Of a DNA stretch of 64,000 nucleotides, positions 13,901 to 27,056 are shown in pieces (the stretch's first letter is position 1; the number at the start of each line of letters is the position of its first letter). Position numbers and translations under genes: made by a program. The DNA is from Vermamoeba vermiformis (lineage: Eukaryota): NCBI GenBank assembly GCA_045837725.1, contig JBEWZL010000156.1:62001-126000 (forward strand). Direction: 5' to 3'. The notes beneath the pieces are model-generated. The model ran no database searches. It saw nothing but the letters and a program-made list of their open reading frames with translations, and was not told the DNA's origin.

Positions 13901-14492
13901 AACTGACTTGAGACCAAGCAACGCCAAATTGAGCAATGTCTTTAATCACCTAGTCAAATATTAATTTAATATTATTACGTTATTTAAAACGGGATTTATG
14001 GAGCAGGATCCGATCGGTTCGGAGTTTCCAAAAATTGCTTCAATACTTTAAATCGAAGCGGAACCCCCGCAGCAAATGATTCAAACTTCCATGAGCAACG
14101 CTAAGCTTACCCATTCGGCAGAATCCACTCCTGGTCCACCTGACAAAACAACCACATTCAAGCACTCGTCGGTAAAATAACCTAATTCTTGTGCAATGAC
14201 ATATCCTGTTAACAAAAATAAATTAAGCATTCATTTTCCTACAGTATTGGACCAGATTTAAAATCAATTTACAAATATTCGGTAACCAGTCGATGATGAA
14301 TGACTGTAATCGAGTCACTGATTCCTTATTGAAAATAAACGATAAGGTACCTGCAAACTGTGCTTGTAAGACCCATTGCAATTGAATTCGAACGCTGTCA
14401 AAGCTTGTACAGTTCTTCTGTCCTGCGACAGATCCAGCGCAGGAACTTAAGACTAAACCAATTAGTAGTATGACGCAGTACCGAGAATACAT
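10930..14492 (-). CDS. Class C (GABA-B-like) GPCR with an N-terminal NMT1/THI5-like substrate-binding domain; one in-frame TGA
   Basis: Signal peptide MYSRYCVILLIGLVLSSCAG. Ectodomain motifs VRIQLQWVLQAQFAGYVIAQELGYF, LRDLKGKTVA, ATTYNELPQLL and YQRWMMNEVNKLIW. 7TM motifs VVMKSATVLF, LFVKTIRVHRIF, FNEARYIAISIYN and LLFVPKI. About 17 exons splice in frame. Confidence 0.85.
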
Positions 14493-15754
14493 CCTCGTGT
14501 GGTCTCTGTATTCCGACAAATAGCTTGTTTGACATGTCGGGTCCGTGGGTTTAAAATATGACATTTCCAAATTTAGACTGCCTATATTTGGAGAAAAGTA
14601 CGATGGAAAACAAAAAGAGCTCGTATATGCTCAGTTACTGATACTTATATGCCATAGAGGTGTTCTAAATACCCGAAAGAAGTGTGGGTTCGGTAAACGT
14701 ATCGTGCCAACCAGCCACATCCACGAGTGCCTAAAATAAATTTCGTTTAATTGTTAAAATTTATAATAAATATTCTTAATGCAATGAATAAACTAATGCC
14801 GTTGTTATTATAATGCTAACGACTTTGTAGTCCAAATAATAATAAAATCAAAATCGATCTAAAGCTGATTCGACTTACCAAAACGTGCAACTCCAAGACT
14901 ACAAATACGAATGATATTCATGGACGAATTTATAATTATTCTACAGTTGCAATGTTGATTTGACCGATCTAGATCACATTACGAACTAGATTCAATATTT
15001 GCTTGCGTAAATCAATAATAAATGGTCATTGTGCGCGGTAAATACTGTTGCTAACCAACAGGTGGTGGCCTGCCTGAAAACAAAACAATAAAATTAACTT
15101 GCTTTGAATTGCAAGCTCCGCTAAAGAGAAACAGAAGTTCATTTTTCAGACCAAAATCCTTCTTAAGCATTATTACATCGTTTATTAACAAATGCGAGGA
15201 TTAAACATAGCCTCTACGTCCAAGTAAGTGTCAAGTCGCTAGTTTAAAATATTAATTAATTTTAAAATATTAGCCAAACGCATTCTCCGGCTTTAATAGC
15301 CAAATTAGATATCCCATACATTAGGCTTAATATTGAAATTATTTTTAGATTTAATTTGGTTCGCGAACCATAGCAAAAATTTGGTGTGCAACCCGGATGT
15401 GACGAGTTTAACAAATACGATTGATGAGCTGTGCCTTCATACGTTGGACGAATAACTCGAATGTTCTATGAACGGTTGACTATCAGACGTCTCGACTTCG
15501 AGACAGACAGAAGAAAGGATTTGCCACGAAGATCCGGATCTAACTAACAACTCCGGATTAAAATGCCAGATCAACATAGATTGATAGATCCAAGGTATTA
15601 ATATCAGTTTCTCTTCTCCCAAGGAATTTCTCGTCGGACTTCGGGAACTGCTGCATTAATCTAAATTTGGAATCGTTCGGTAACGAAAATTTTTCTAACA
15701 CATTCTTTTTTATTTATTTAAGATCTTTACATCACCACTAAGGGGAACATCTGC

Positions 15755-18471
15755 ATGAGTGCCAGAACGCTTTTAATAGCAATCTTTGGCTTTTGGATTT
15801 GCTCCACCGTAGTTGTAGCAGAGGTTCTTGCAAACTCTGGCTATCCTATGCTAGGAGGAAATCCTGAAAGAAACTATAAAATCGATCGATCGGTTAGTAA
15901 CGGCTTTAAATCGATGAAATATAAATTATATAATTTTTCCGAAATTAACCGTTATTTTGAAGGTCCTTCGGCAAATGAGTCCTTAAATTAACATCCCTGT
16001 TTAATAGGTGCTTTGCCCACAAGTAGCTCCGGGCCGAACAACCGTACTGAGTGCTGATTGGTTTTTTCCTCCACAGCAATTCGCTGGTACATTTCAGATC
16101 ACCTCCACACAACTTACTCTGGATGAAAACGTACGTTCTCCGACATTTCTCCGATTTTTTAATTTATTTTTTAGGGTTTTTTGTACGTGGCTGGATCGTA
16201 CAACGAGGTGAGCATCAGTATTTTCAAAGTGAACGCAACCGATGGAAGCTATAATGCTCAGGATACAGGGTACGAAGTAAAGTAAATATTTTTTAATAGG
16301 TCTCATTTTAATATTGCAGGTTTACGTTGCCGGGTTCTTCGGATCAAGATGCGCATCCAACGCACGTTAAGAACAACAAATTTTACTTGGCTCCAGATGG
16401 GCAATCTGTAATCGTAGATACTACTACTATGCTAGCTATCGCCACAACAGAGAACCCTAACCCTTCTGCTATTGTGGGACCTTCATCCTTTGCACCGTAC
16501 GGAACCACCTTGATGGTCAAGTCCAACACCGGTGTTGACGTCGGCAACTCTTTGACGTACATTGATGCGTCAGGCAACGTGAATATTAACGCTCCTAATG
16601 CTAATGTTGGCTATGAATCGTTGCCAGTCTTAGTTTGGACGTCCGGATCTGGTACCACCCCCGTGTTGGTCAATCCAAGCGCCAGTCCCACGAATGTGTT
16701 CACTAAGGATTGGACTAAATCTTTTCCTGGCAATGCAAGAAAGGCTTGGCTTGATGGTGATTACTTGTTCTATTTGAGTAACTATCCATCGTCGGCACTG
16801 ATCCGCATTAACATGGTACGAGCCCAAAACAATCTTTCATGGTAACGCAGTACTAACGACCTTAACTATTATAGACTGATAATACTGATGTTGTTAGTAC
16901 CGACATTAGTACTTTCCAAGGTAACTCATATACGTGGGATTTTACAACTCTCAGATCTATTTACCACAACAACGTTCTATTCACACAAATTACTGGTCAA
17001 GTACGTATACACATGAATCGCATTGAACTTAGCACTAAAGATAATGTTAGAACGGAGACCTGCAATTTGTTGATTTACTCGGAGGAACTGTCGTCCCGCA
17101 ACCAGGGCCACAATCTACTCTAGTATCGCATCCGATCTTCCTGAAAAGTAAGAAGCACACTGCTAATACGCTACGATTTCACTAACGGTAAATGATTACA
17201 TTTTAGGGGACAACACGGTACTGATGTACACGCACACGTATGACACGGGCATTTTGCAAATGAAAGGTCTTGAATGGGGTACCTGGAAAACAAAAATGGT
17301 GGCTCAGTTCAACGGATCTTATGTGTACGATAATAACTACGTAAGTCACACATCTAACTCTAATATCAACGAGGTCTAACGAAAATGTAGGGCATCCCTA
17401 TCGTTGGTGAAAATTGCCGCATGTACACTATTCTTAACGACAGAGTTTACTCTTTTGCACCATTGCCTATTCAAAATCTCGTGCCGACATTACAATGCGT
17501 GGATTTGGCGACTAACGAAGCGTACTTCTCGTACAATTACTTGGGAGCTGGTTCGAAGGACTTTGTTATCCCTCACGTCGCTGATCGAAACGAACTAACC
17601 CCTGAAGTACGTGTGAATTCTCTACAGGCTGGTTTTTGCGGACAACGGAACTAATTCTGTTGGCTTTAGGGCCTCGCACCATTGACTGACTTCACTGCTG
17701 GAGAAGGACCGTTGTACCCGTTATCGCACAAAGTCCTTTTGAATACCAACGCTAGCACGCACACGTGGATTTTGGAAGACTACACTTTGACGTTCGCTGT
17801 TGGCTCGTCACTGGCCTGCCCGACAAGTAGGTTACAGTACTAGTTTTCACGTAGTATACGAGCTTATACTGATACCTTCTATTAGCGGCAACGATCACGA
17901 TTAGATTGACAGCAAATGCACCTTTCCCTCAAGGCTTCCAAGAGACCGTTCGAAAAGCGTTCGTTATGCTGACAGGTGTCACTGACAGCCGTGTGACAGT
18001 AGTCGCCAGAAAGCGCTCAGTAGCTCAATCAGACACTTTAGAGACGGAACTTCAAGTCGCTCCTGGTACGATCTGAACGTGCAAAATGCGCAGATCTGAC
18101 ATTTTTTTCAGATCCTTCCGGAAGTGAGCCTTCGTCTTCCGATGTCGTTAGAAACTTCGTAAATAATGAACAAGAGTCATTTTCAGTCCTAGTAGCTAAT
18201 TCTGATGGCGCTCCAGCTGGCGTCAAAGTTGACTGTACGTAACTCAGATCTGGATCTCTTGACTTATGTTTCTAATATTCTTTTAGCCATTACTGGAAAA
18301 AAGACTGACACTGAAGTACAAGGAGTATTGCCACCTCAAGCTCCTCCTGTGAGTCCTCCGACTGCTCCGGTACCTGCACCAACACCAATAGCAGTCAAAA
18401 GCGTGACTTCGAGTGTCAAGGCCAGCGTAACATTAATTATTGCAACTGTTTTGTATTCAATTCTTAATTAA
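15755..18471 (+). CDS. Surface-protein family copy 2
   Basis: MSARTLLIAIFGFWICSTVVVAEVLANSGYPMLGGNPERN, PLPIQNLVPTLQCVD and ARKRSVAQ, followed by a Pro-rich linker and hydrophobic C-terminus. Confidence 0.85.
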
Positions 18472-18723
18472 ACTAACCGTAATTTTGGTTTAGTGATTTT
18501 TTTTCTTGTCGAAGCCAGATGCGTTCGTTGGCTTGAAGTACGTATGTCGTATTTTTAGCGATACAAGAATCGGAATCATTTAAACTTGTTCTCTATCTTA
18601 GAATTTATTCGGTGAACCGGATAATTACGGATGTGATTCCGAACTGTTTTTAAACCAGGATTTTAAAATCTCAAAAATTATTTTATTTCAAAGCTTCACA
18701 GGTTGTAGTACGCATCTATTGCA

Positions 18724-21389
18724 ATGAAGCGCATAGTTTTCACTATAATTGTTGCGTGCCTGGTTGGCTGGATGCACGCTGCAGTTACTTTAGCAGACTC
18801 GGGTTATCCAATGTCAGGTGCAAATCCTCAGCGCAATTATAAATCCAACAGACCTGTAAGTACCTTCTGTCCATCGATCTCTTTTTAATGCAGACAAAGA
18901 ATTTCAATAACTTTACGAATGTAACAGGACAAGATCCTAGCTTTTTAATGATTGTTAAATATTTAAATAATTAAACTTTTTAGTTCTGACGGTTAATTTT
19001 TCAGATTCGTTGCGCATCTGTTTCCAACGGCAAAACGACTGTTTTGAATGTAATTCATAGCTTTCCGAATCTCCCTGCAACATTTTATCCACACACTGTG
19101 GGAAGAGAGGTCTCTTTAGACGATAAGGTATACAATCTATTTTTATTGGATTTGGTAATTTTGACACTTTATTTTCAGGGATGGGCGTATATTTTAGCTA
19201 CTTACAATTCATGGAATACTATCTTTAGATTCAATACTACAGATGGTTCCTATAGCGTTACAGATAAGTAAGTTTCGGCAAAATTAAATTTATTTATCGG
19301 ATCTTGTAACTTTTCATTTCAAGCCATTCGACAGGACTCGATGATCCAAGGCTTACCCTGCTGGCAGGAGGCGTGTTATATTATTCCGGAGCTTCTACGA
19401 CCAATAGACTTGACACATCAAATTTCAACATCCAGGTCAACTTTACCGACCCAGCAACTTTCGGAGCTCAGACTTCTATGGCTCCGTTCAATAACGAGTG
19501 GATGGTCAAATCGATGTATCAGACTAACCTCATTGGTGATGTGATCATGTACTTCAAAGACGCTACTTCCAGCATTGACACGACCCTCGCGAACATCACT
19601 GGAGACTTCACCGGCACGAGCATTAGAGACGTCTTAGTGTACAAATCTACGACTTCATCAGTGGAATTTCCTGTTGTGGCTGGGTACGCCATGTCCGTAG
19701 GAGGCACTACAATCATTGCGTCGCCGAGCTACACTGTCGGCTTGCCCAATGCATACGCGAAGAACGTCATGATCGTAGGCGATGAAATTTTAGTCTCACA
19801 TTATGCGAACGCTTATGGAGCTGGATTCTACAAGCTCGATGCGGTAAGTCAAAGAGTTTAACGGAGAAAAGTATTGACTTTCAATATAGGCAACTGGAGC
19901 GGTCACGCTAAACCAGACTTATGCTACATGGAACGGAAATGCATTCATTTTGTACTCTCCGCTTATGTATCATAACGGAAAGGCGTTTGCTCATCTTATC
20001 TCGAGCTCTGGAGTAAGACATGTCGTTCTAAGTACTTCCTTTCCTAACTTGATGATGTTAGATACACTTTGTGGACCTAGTTAGCGGTCAAACTTTGGCT
20101 TCTTCGACAACCTTCCGTGCACTTGATCGAAACTTCGCCTTTTCTAACGGTAAGAATTAGACCTATCATACAGTAACTCCATAAGCATGCCAGTATTAAT
20201 TGGCGTTATATAGTTGACCAGACTGTGCTGTCATTGGGATACAACCTTAATAGCCAATACTTTGAAATCATGGGATTTGAGTGGGACACGTGGAAAGTCA
20301 ACGTTCGCGCCAGACTGCCCACTGACTACAACGCAGATGTATCTTACGTAAGTGAACCTATTAGCATCTATAATTACATATCTGACGTATTCTAGGGCAC
20401 TGTTGTGATTGGCGACAATTGCAGGGTTCACGTAGGCATTGCGCAACGGTTCCATACCTTAGCACCTTTGCCCCTTCAAAACGTTGTTCCAATTCTCGAG
20501 TGCGTTGATCGCAACACGAGAATAGGATACTTCACTTACAACAATACTGGCTCTCTTGCATTCTCCATCCCGCAAGTCGATGACAGGAATAACCTTTCGC
20601 CAATCGTAAGTGACTCGATGATTATAGTAAATCAGTTCTAACCTCATGCTTGTAACTTAGAACGTGGCACCCATTGAAGTCTTCTCAGTGGGTCTCGGTT
20701 CGAACTTCCCATTCTCTTCACAAGTGCTGCTGAATACAAGTGACTCGTACACTTGGGTGCTTGAAGACTACGTGCTATCATTCACAATCACCCCTGCTCT
20801 CTATTGTCCCGAGTGTAAGTCTCAAGCACACTCCATTTAAGTATGACACTAATTGTCGCAGCGATTTCTTTCGGAATTCTCTTGACCGCCAATGGTACAT
20901 TCCCTGCTGGTTTCGATCTTCTCGTACGTGACGCCTTCGTCAATGTGACTGGCATCAGCGGCAGTCGTGTGATGATAGTGGCCAAGAAACGAGCGGTAGA
21001 GCAACAACAGACCAGCCTCGAAACAGATCTTAACGTCGCTCCTGGTAAGTTGATCAATGTGCCTTCATACGTTCAATGCTAACTGGTCCCTCACAACAGA
21101 TCCGACCAATCAAGAGCCAGACCCAGCGCAAGTTGTGCAACAATTCCAGAATCAACAAACTGAATTCAATCAACAACTTCAAAATCAACCAGGAGCACCG
21201 AGTGGTATTCAAACTAGTCTTTCCGGCAAACAACAGCCAACCGCTGTGCAAGGCCAGATCCCGCCTCAACCGGTTGCACCGCCAACGAGTACTTCGGAGC
21301 CAGTAGTCACTAACCCCACCTCTGCGGCTAATGCCTTGCAAGTAGTATCGAGCATTATCACTCTGGTAACTGTTATGTTTGTGTTTTAA
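18724..21389 (+). CDS. Surface-protein family copy 3
   Basis: MKRIVFTIIVACLVGWMHAAVTLADSGYPMSGANPQRN, PLPLQNVVPILECVD and AKKRAVEQ, ending SAANALQVVSSIITLVTVMFVF*. Confidence 0.85.
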
Positions 21390-21779
21390 GTTTGGATTTG
21401 GAAAAAAAGTAATTTTAACTTCAATATTTCTGTGATAAATTCGTATGACGGTGAATATATTGAAACGAATTCGTTCCGCGGCATAACGGCATTATAGCGA
21501 TAATTAGCCGGAGTTTCATGAAATCACAACTTTCTATTTTTAGCATTTCGGCTACGATAAAATACTTCGTCCGCTTATTTTTTATTGTGCCTTTAAACTT
21601 ACAAACAAACGGTTCGTTGGTATTTCCAAATGAAGCCTTTAGTTTTTTTGATAATTCTATTTGGAGTCGTCGGTTGGATCACCGCAACGATTACTCTAGC
21701 TAACTCTGGCTATCCAATGCCTGGAGCAAATCCTCAACGTAATTCCAAAGTGGACAAACCGGTAGGTCATACGACAATT
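20460..21779 (+). repeat. Segmental direct repeat (3' end of copy 3, intergenic region, exon 1 of the next gene); partner at ~26120-27436
   Basis: Near-identical nucleotide sequence including introns and intergenic DNA. ORF 21057..21389 and ORF 26724..27056 have identical translations. Similarity ends after gtaggtcatacgacaatt. Confidence 0.9.
21630..21761 (+). pseudogene. Orphan exon 1 of surface-protein family copy 4
   Basis: MKPLVFLIILFGVVGWITATITLANSGYPMPGANPQRNSKVDKP|gtaggt is nearly identical to exon 1 of copy 5. Exons 2-4 are absent downstream. Confidence 0.8.
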
Positions 21780-21966
21780 GGCCAACAATTACAAGAAGGG
21801 GGTAATTAATATTGTTGAGGTCAACAATTTTACAGAAAAGTACAAGGACATTGTGATGGATTATCAGATTCATTTTGTACTTCCTCAGACTCTTCTTCTC
21901 GTTCGTTAACAGCTAATGTAATCGGGAACCTTTCGAAGTTTGAAATGATGAATGATGATGATGAAT

Positions 21967-22052
21967 GAGAAAGTACTAATCTCTTGACTATCAAGAGCTG
22001 TCAAAGAGCGACAATACTACAAGATGGATCATCGCAAGGTACAGATGGCAGT
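21967..22052 (+). repeat. 86-bp direct repeat; partner at 24062-24147 (intron/exon junction of the dikinase gene)
   Basis: gagaaagtactaatctcttgactatcaag...aaggtacagatggcagt occurs twice with one mismatch. Confidence 0.9.
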
Positions 22053-22280
22053 TTGTTTTTTCAATCAAATCGAAAGCTTTATTGACGGTGCAAATTTATG
22101 CAGGGATTTTGATAGTCTTTATTTGGGCTCGGGTGAATTTCGCCGTAAAATTTGAGGAATTGGACTGAAGGTGAGCCCAACTTCCAGGATGTGGACGACT
22201 TGTGAGCCCAAATTTGTAACATCATTGTTTAACTTTTATTACGTTATTATTTAGTATTGAACACAAGTGCAACCACAAGT

Positions 22281-24749
22281 ATGTCATATCTACCTGCTTT
22301 ATTGGGCCACATGTGGTGCCCAAGCGCAAGTGACATTGAGGCCTATGCGATCTCTGCCGACGAGTTGGCAGCACAAGTAAAACAACAACAAGAGCGCATT
22401 GAACACTTGAAGCATTGTATTGAGGATCGAAATCACTTTGATTCTCTTGCGCGACCTGATGGCTCTGGAGGTAATAACAGTTGACATAAAACAAATATAA
22501 ATTATTTTTGATCGTAGTAAGGATAGGTAATAATAATAACATTCAGTGATTTTAGAATTAATACATATATTCGCAAAAAAATGGACCATTTTTTTTTCTT
22601 TAAATTAACCGGATCTTTCAAAGTTTCTGGGGTTAAAATCGTGTGTGACACGGCTGGAGTTCTTCATTTTATGGATACGACATCATGGCCATATCACTAT
22701 CCATTTTGTGTGACATTTCTTAACGAACAGAGGTGGGTTCAATTCCGAATTGTATACTTCGGAATTCTAGATTCGGTCGCTAACTTTTCTTGTTAGAACT
22801 TTGGAAGTCTTCAACGAGCAAGTATATACTGGAAAAGATCGATCGATGATGTTTGCTACTATTGTCGCATACCCGAATGGTGACAAGGATAAATATTATT
22901 GCTTGGAGTTCAATCCGGCAGATCCGATGGTTCCTGGTCTCGACAAGATCAACGAGTTCTTTACTCTCGTTAAAAATGCATTTATGGGCTCGCAGCAAGT
23001 CTTGTACTTCCACCCTACCTCTGCAGCTCAGATCGAGACTATTCGAGGCAAACAACTCTTCCTACCCGTGATCCAATCATCGCAGCTCTTTGGGGATATT
23101 CCGTACAAAGTAGTGCAGCCTGGACAAGTTAAAAACAAAGTCGTGGCTATCTTCAACAAGGAGAACTACACCCAAGAAGAGTTGCAAACATGGCTCAATA
23201 TCCGCTCCGCTGAAGACATTGTAGTTATTCCGTCAGTCCCAAACGACATTCCAGCTGTCGGTGGCATCATCTGCAACGAAATTATCCCGCCTTTGTGTCA
23301 TGTGGCATTGTTGTGTCAGAATCGCAAGACACCGTGCTGTTATCGTAAAGATGCCACCACGCAGTTCTTGAAAGCCGAAATGGACAATTTGGTAGTCAGC
23401 GGAACGATAGCGAGTGTTGGATTCGCTCTTGACGGCAAAAGTAGAGGGTCCAAAGCCGAGCCAGACTCCGTGCAACCTATAACTGTTGAGGCCGTCGACA
23501 CGAAGACCGCAGAGTTGATCGATCTGAACTCACTCAAGGCCTCTGATGCACATGTGGTTGGTGCAAAAGCGGCACAGTTAGCCAAAGTCGATGCAGTCTA
23601 CGGTCAACGAGTTTTCAAGGGAACATTCACAGTGCCGTTCCATCACTACAACAAGCACGTGAACGATAACCAATCACTTCTTAAAGAGAGTTTGCATCCT
23701 ATTCTCAGCAAATTGGGCACTGTCACCAGCGCAAGTGCAAGATCCCCGAATTCGACTAAAGGCAACAACTTCGACTACAATAGGTTCTCTACTTTCGTGG
23801 ACAAAATCATTGCTGCACCTGTGGACAACGAGCTCGTGCAAAGTGTGATCGAAAGAGTCGTTCAAAACAAATGGAACGCAGTCATCTTACGCAGTTCGAC
23901 GAACGCAGAAGATCTCACTGGCTTCAACGGAGCTGGCTTGTACGAGTCTGTAGTGCTGAGAGGAGATGACACGACTAACCCTGAGAAGGTTGGTCACGCA
24001 CTGAAGACAGTGTGGGCAAGTGTGTGGTGTCCCAAGTAAGTCCCTTCCTTATATACCATGCGAGAAAGTACTAATCTCTTGACTATCAAGAGCTGTCAAA
24101 GAGCGACAATACTACAAGATGGATCATCACAAGGTACAGATGGCAGTGCTTGTACAGCCATGCATATGCGACAAGTCAACAGACGTGCAAGTGCTCATGA
24201 ACGGTGTGTGCATCACCCACGATACCTCTCGACACAAAGTCAAACACGGCTTCGTGGTTCACACGTAAGGCAACAAAGTTCAGTGCATAGTTCGAGTATC
24301 TAACCTCGTTATTAAGGTTCCCTGGAAGTGAATACAAAGTGACCAATCACTACAAAGACACCACGCCAGAAAGTGTCACGTTGTTTTTGAACCGTCAGAA
24401 AGACTCTATCGACATGCAACTGTACTCATTGTGCAACAAGAGTACGGGTCCGTTACTGACTCAATCTGATGCTGTGAAGATGGTCGAAGTGTTTGGCAAG
24501 CTTCACAACATGATCTTGGGTTCACATCACTCGATGCACAACACGACCGCCCTGGACATTGAGTTCATGATTGTCGACAACAAGGCGACGAAGATTGATC
24601 GTGACTTGGTGGTACTTCAAGCACGACCGTATCAAGTGAATGTGGCGCCAGAGGGTGTTTACTACGACGGTGAAGTCCAAATTTTTCTGATGCACTACAA
24701 CCGTCATATTTCCATGGGACCTTGTGTCGTTTCCTTCTGTTATAACTAA
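22281..24749 (+). CDS. Bacterial-type PEP/pyruvate-binding (PPDK_N ATP-grasp) dikinase-like protein, at least 5 exons; 3' end may extend to ~24832
   Basis: His-swivel-like PPLCHVALLCQNRKTP precedes ATP-grasp motifs VGAKAAQLAKV, LRSSTNAEDLTGFNGAGLYES, ALKTVWASVW, MAVLVQ, LDIEF and VVLQARP. GT-AG introns are present. Confidence 0.85.
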
Positions 24750-25002
24750 GAACTATTAAAGGTGGAACAAGCATTTGCATGCTCGAAAACTTGTTTCGCT
24801 TTAATCCAGTGAATCCACCGTTCGTGATTTAAAATCGACTCCGATCCTTACTAAGAGGGCTATAGGTTAGCAAGCTGTTTTAATACGGAATTTTGTTCGG
24901 TTGGTTGCAACCTAATCATTATTTTATTTGTGTTTTCGGAAGAGCACGGGTAACAATTTCATAATGATTTATTGCACGAATTATTAAAATATAAGACAGA
25001 TA

Positions 25003-25519
25003 ATGAGTGCCAAGATGGTTCAACTGACGTATTTGCTTGCAGAGAGGAGCAGATCTTGTTTTTTTCTCATCTTCGTCACTTAGCGAGGTAAGTATGCAGT
25101 ATATATATTTAAATTAATTTTGGAATTATTTACAATTATAATACGGTTTCATAATTTTTGTTTGGACCAGATGGAGACATCCGTCAAAACACTCTATGCT
25201 ACAATTGAAGCCAACAATCCGTATTAATTGAGGTTATTATTGAAATCAATGAATTCATTAGAGCTGCGCACTGCATTGCAGGAACGCGTCGATGGATCGA
25301 ACGCGATTGAACTGGTACTATATTTGTTTGCTCAAATAAGGCTTAAATAATATCTAACGTTAATGAAATAGGCCTTTAGAATAAATAGGGACATGAGCAT
25401 GACGCTTGCCAGCTCAATTATTTCTGCAAAAAAACTGGAGAAGATCCAGGCTTACGCAGTCCCGCGTTACTCTTACAGCCAGGCTATGAGCTGTTCATTG
25501 AATGGCGACGAATATTTAG
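25003..25519 (+). pseudogene. Unidentified spliced gene fragment inside the insertion
   Basis: Short exon-like blocks bounded by gt/ag (e.g. ELRTALQERVDGSNAIEL) with a stop codon. The block abuts the point where copy 4 resumes. Confidence 0.3.
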
Positions 25520-25533
25520 TAACTTGAGAGCAG

Positions 25534-27056
25534 GCCACTGGAGCCATCACCTTGAACAAAACTTACACCGATTTGAACGGCAAGACTTTCTATATGAACG
25601 CCAACTCGTTGATCTATCACAACGGTAAAGCGTTAACTCATGTCTACCTCAACAATCAGGTAAGAGAAGCGAATGATATCATAAACTTTTTTGCTTAATA
25701 TTTCGCCAATTAGGCATATTTCGTGGAGTTAGTGTCTGGCCAATTGATCCCTACAAATGAATTCAGTCCTGAAAACCGCATGTTAACTTTTTCTAACGGT
25801 ACGTACTACACCTCAAAGTCCATGTTACCCTTCATAACGTCTGCTGATGTCATATGTAGTTGATCAAACGGTGCTGTCATTGGGAACGTCAACAAGAACG
25901 CGGTACTTCGAAATTACGGGATTGGATTGGAGCACGTTCAAAGTCAACGTTCGCGCTCGCCTTCCCAATGGCGGATTCGACGCGACTTATGTAAGCTAAT
26001 AGTACTTGAGACTAATAGTACCACACCGATATTAACGGTCTATAATCTGAATTAGGGAAGTGTCGTGCTTGGTGACAATTGCAGGGTTCACGTTAGCATA
26101 AACCACGTGCTTTATACTTTGGCACCGATGGCCATTCAAAACGTCGTTCCGATTCTCGAGTGCGTTGATCGCAACACGAGAATAGGGTACTTCACTTACA
26201 ACAATACTGGCTCTCTTGCCTTCTCCATGCCACAAGTCGATGACAGAAATAACCTTTCACCTATCGTAAGTTTCTCGATGTCGATGTAGTCAATGCAGTT
26301 CTAATTAAGCTCATGCTTGTGACCTAGAACGTGGCACCAGTTGAAGTCTTCTCAGTGGGTCTCGGTTCGAACTTCCCATTCTCTTCACAAGTGCTGCTGA
26401 ATGCAAGTGACTCGTACACTTGGGCGCTTGAAGACTACGTGCTGTCATTCACAATCACTCCTGCTCTCTATTGTCCCGAGTGTAAGTCTCGAGCACACTC
26501 CATTTAAATATGACACTAATTGCCACAGCGATTTCTTTCGGAATTCTCTTGACCGCCAATAGTACATTCCCTGCTGGTTTCGATCTTCTCGTACGTGACG
26601 CCTTCGTCAATGTGACTGGCATCAGCGGCAGTCGTGTGATGATAGTGGCCAAGAAACGAGCGGTGGAGCAACAACAGACCAGCCTCGAAACAGATCTTAA
26701 CGTCGCTCCTGGTAAGTTGATCAATGTGCCTTCATACGTTCAATGCTAACTGGTCCCTCACAACAGATCCGACCAATCAAGAGCCAGACCCAGCACAAGT
26801 TGTGCAACAATTCCAGAATCAACAAACTGAATTCAATCAACAACTTCAAAATCAACCAGGAGCACCGAGTGGTATTCAAACTAGTCTTTCCGGCAAACAA
26901 CAGCCAACCGCTGTTCAAGGTCAGATCCCGCCTCAACCGGTTGCACCACCAACGAGTACTTCGGAGCCAGTAGTCACTAACCCCACCTCTGCGGCAAATG
27001 CCTTGCAAGTAGTATCGAGCATTATCACCCTGGTAACTGTTATGTTTGTGTTTTAA
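25534..27056 (+). pseudogene. 3' half of surface-protein family copy 4 (chimera of copy 5-like and copy 3-like sequence)
   Basis: 25520-26120 matches copy 5 (28468-29060) including introns. 26460-27056 matches copy 3. Exons 2-4 are missing. Confidence 0.8.

Noticed and set aside
14600-15700. Possible gene between the GPCR and family copy 2
   Set aside because: Some splice-like signals are present, but no coherent reading frame or motif could be assembled.
21780-25519. Helitron or DNA transposon carrying the dikinase
   Set aside because: No 5'-TC/3'-CTRR ends, terminal inverted repeats, target-site duplication or transposase were seen at the junctions.
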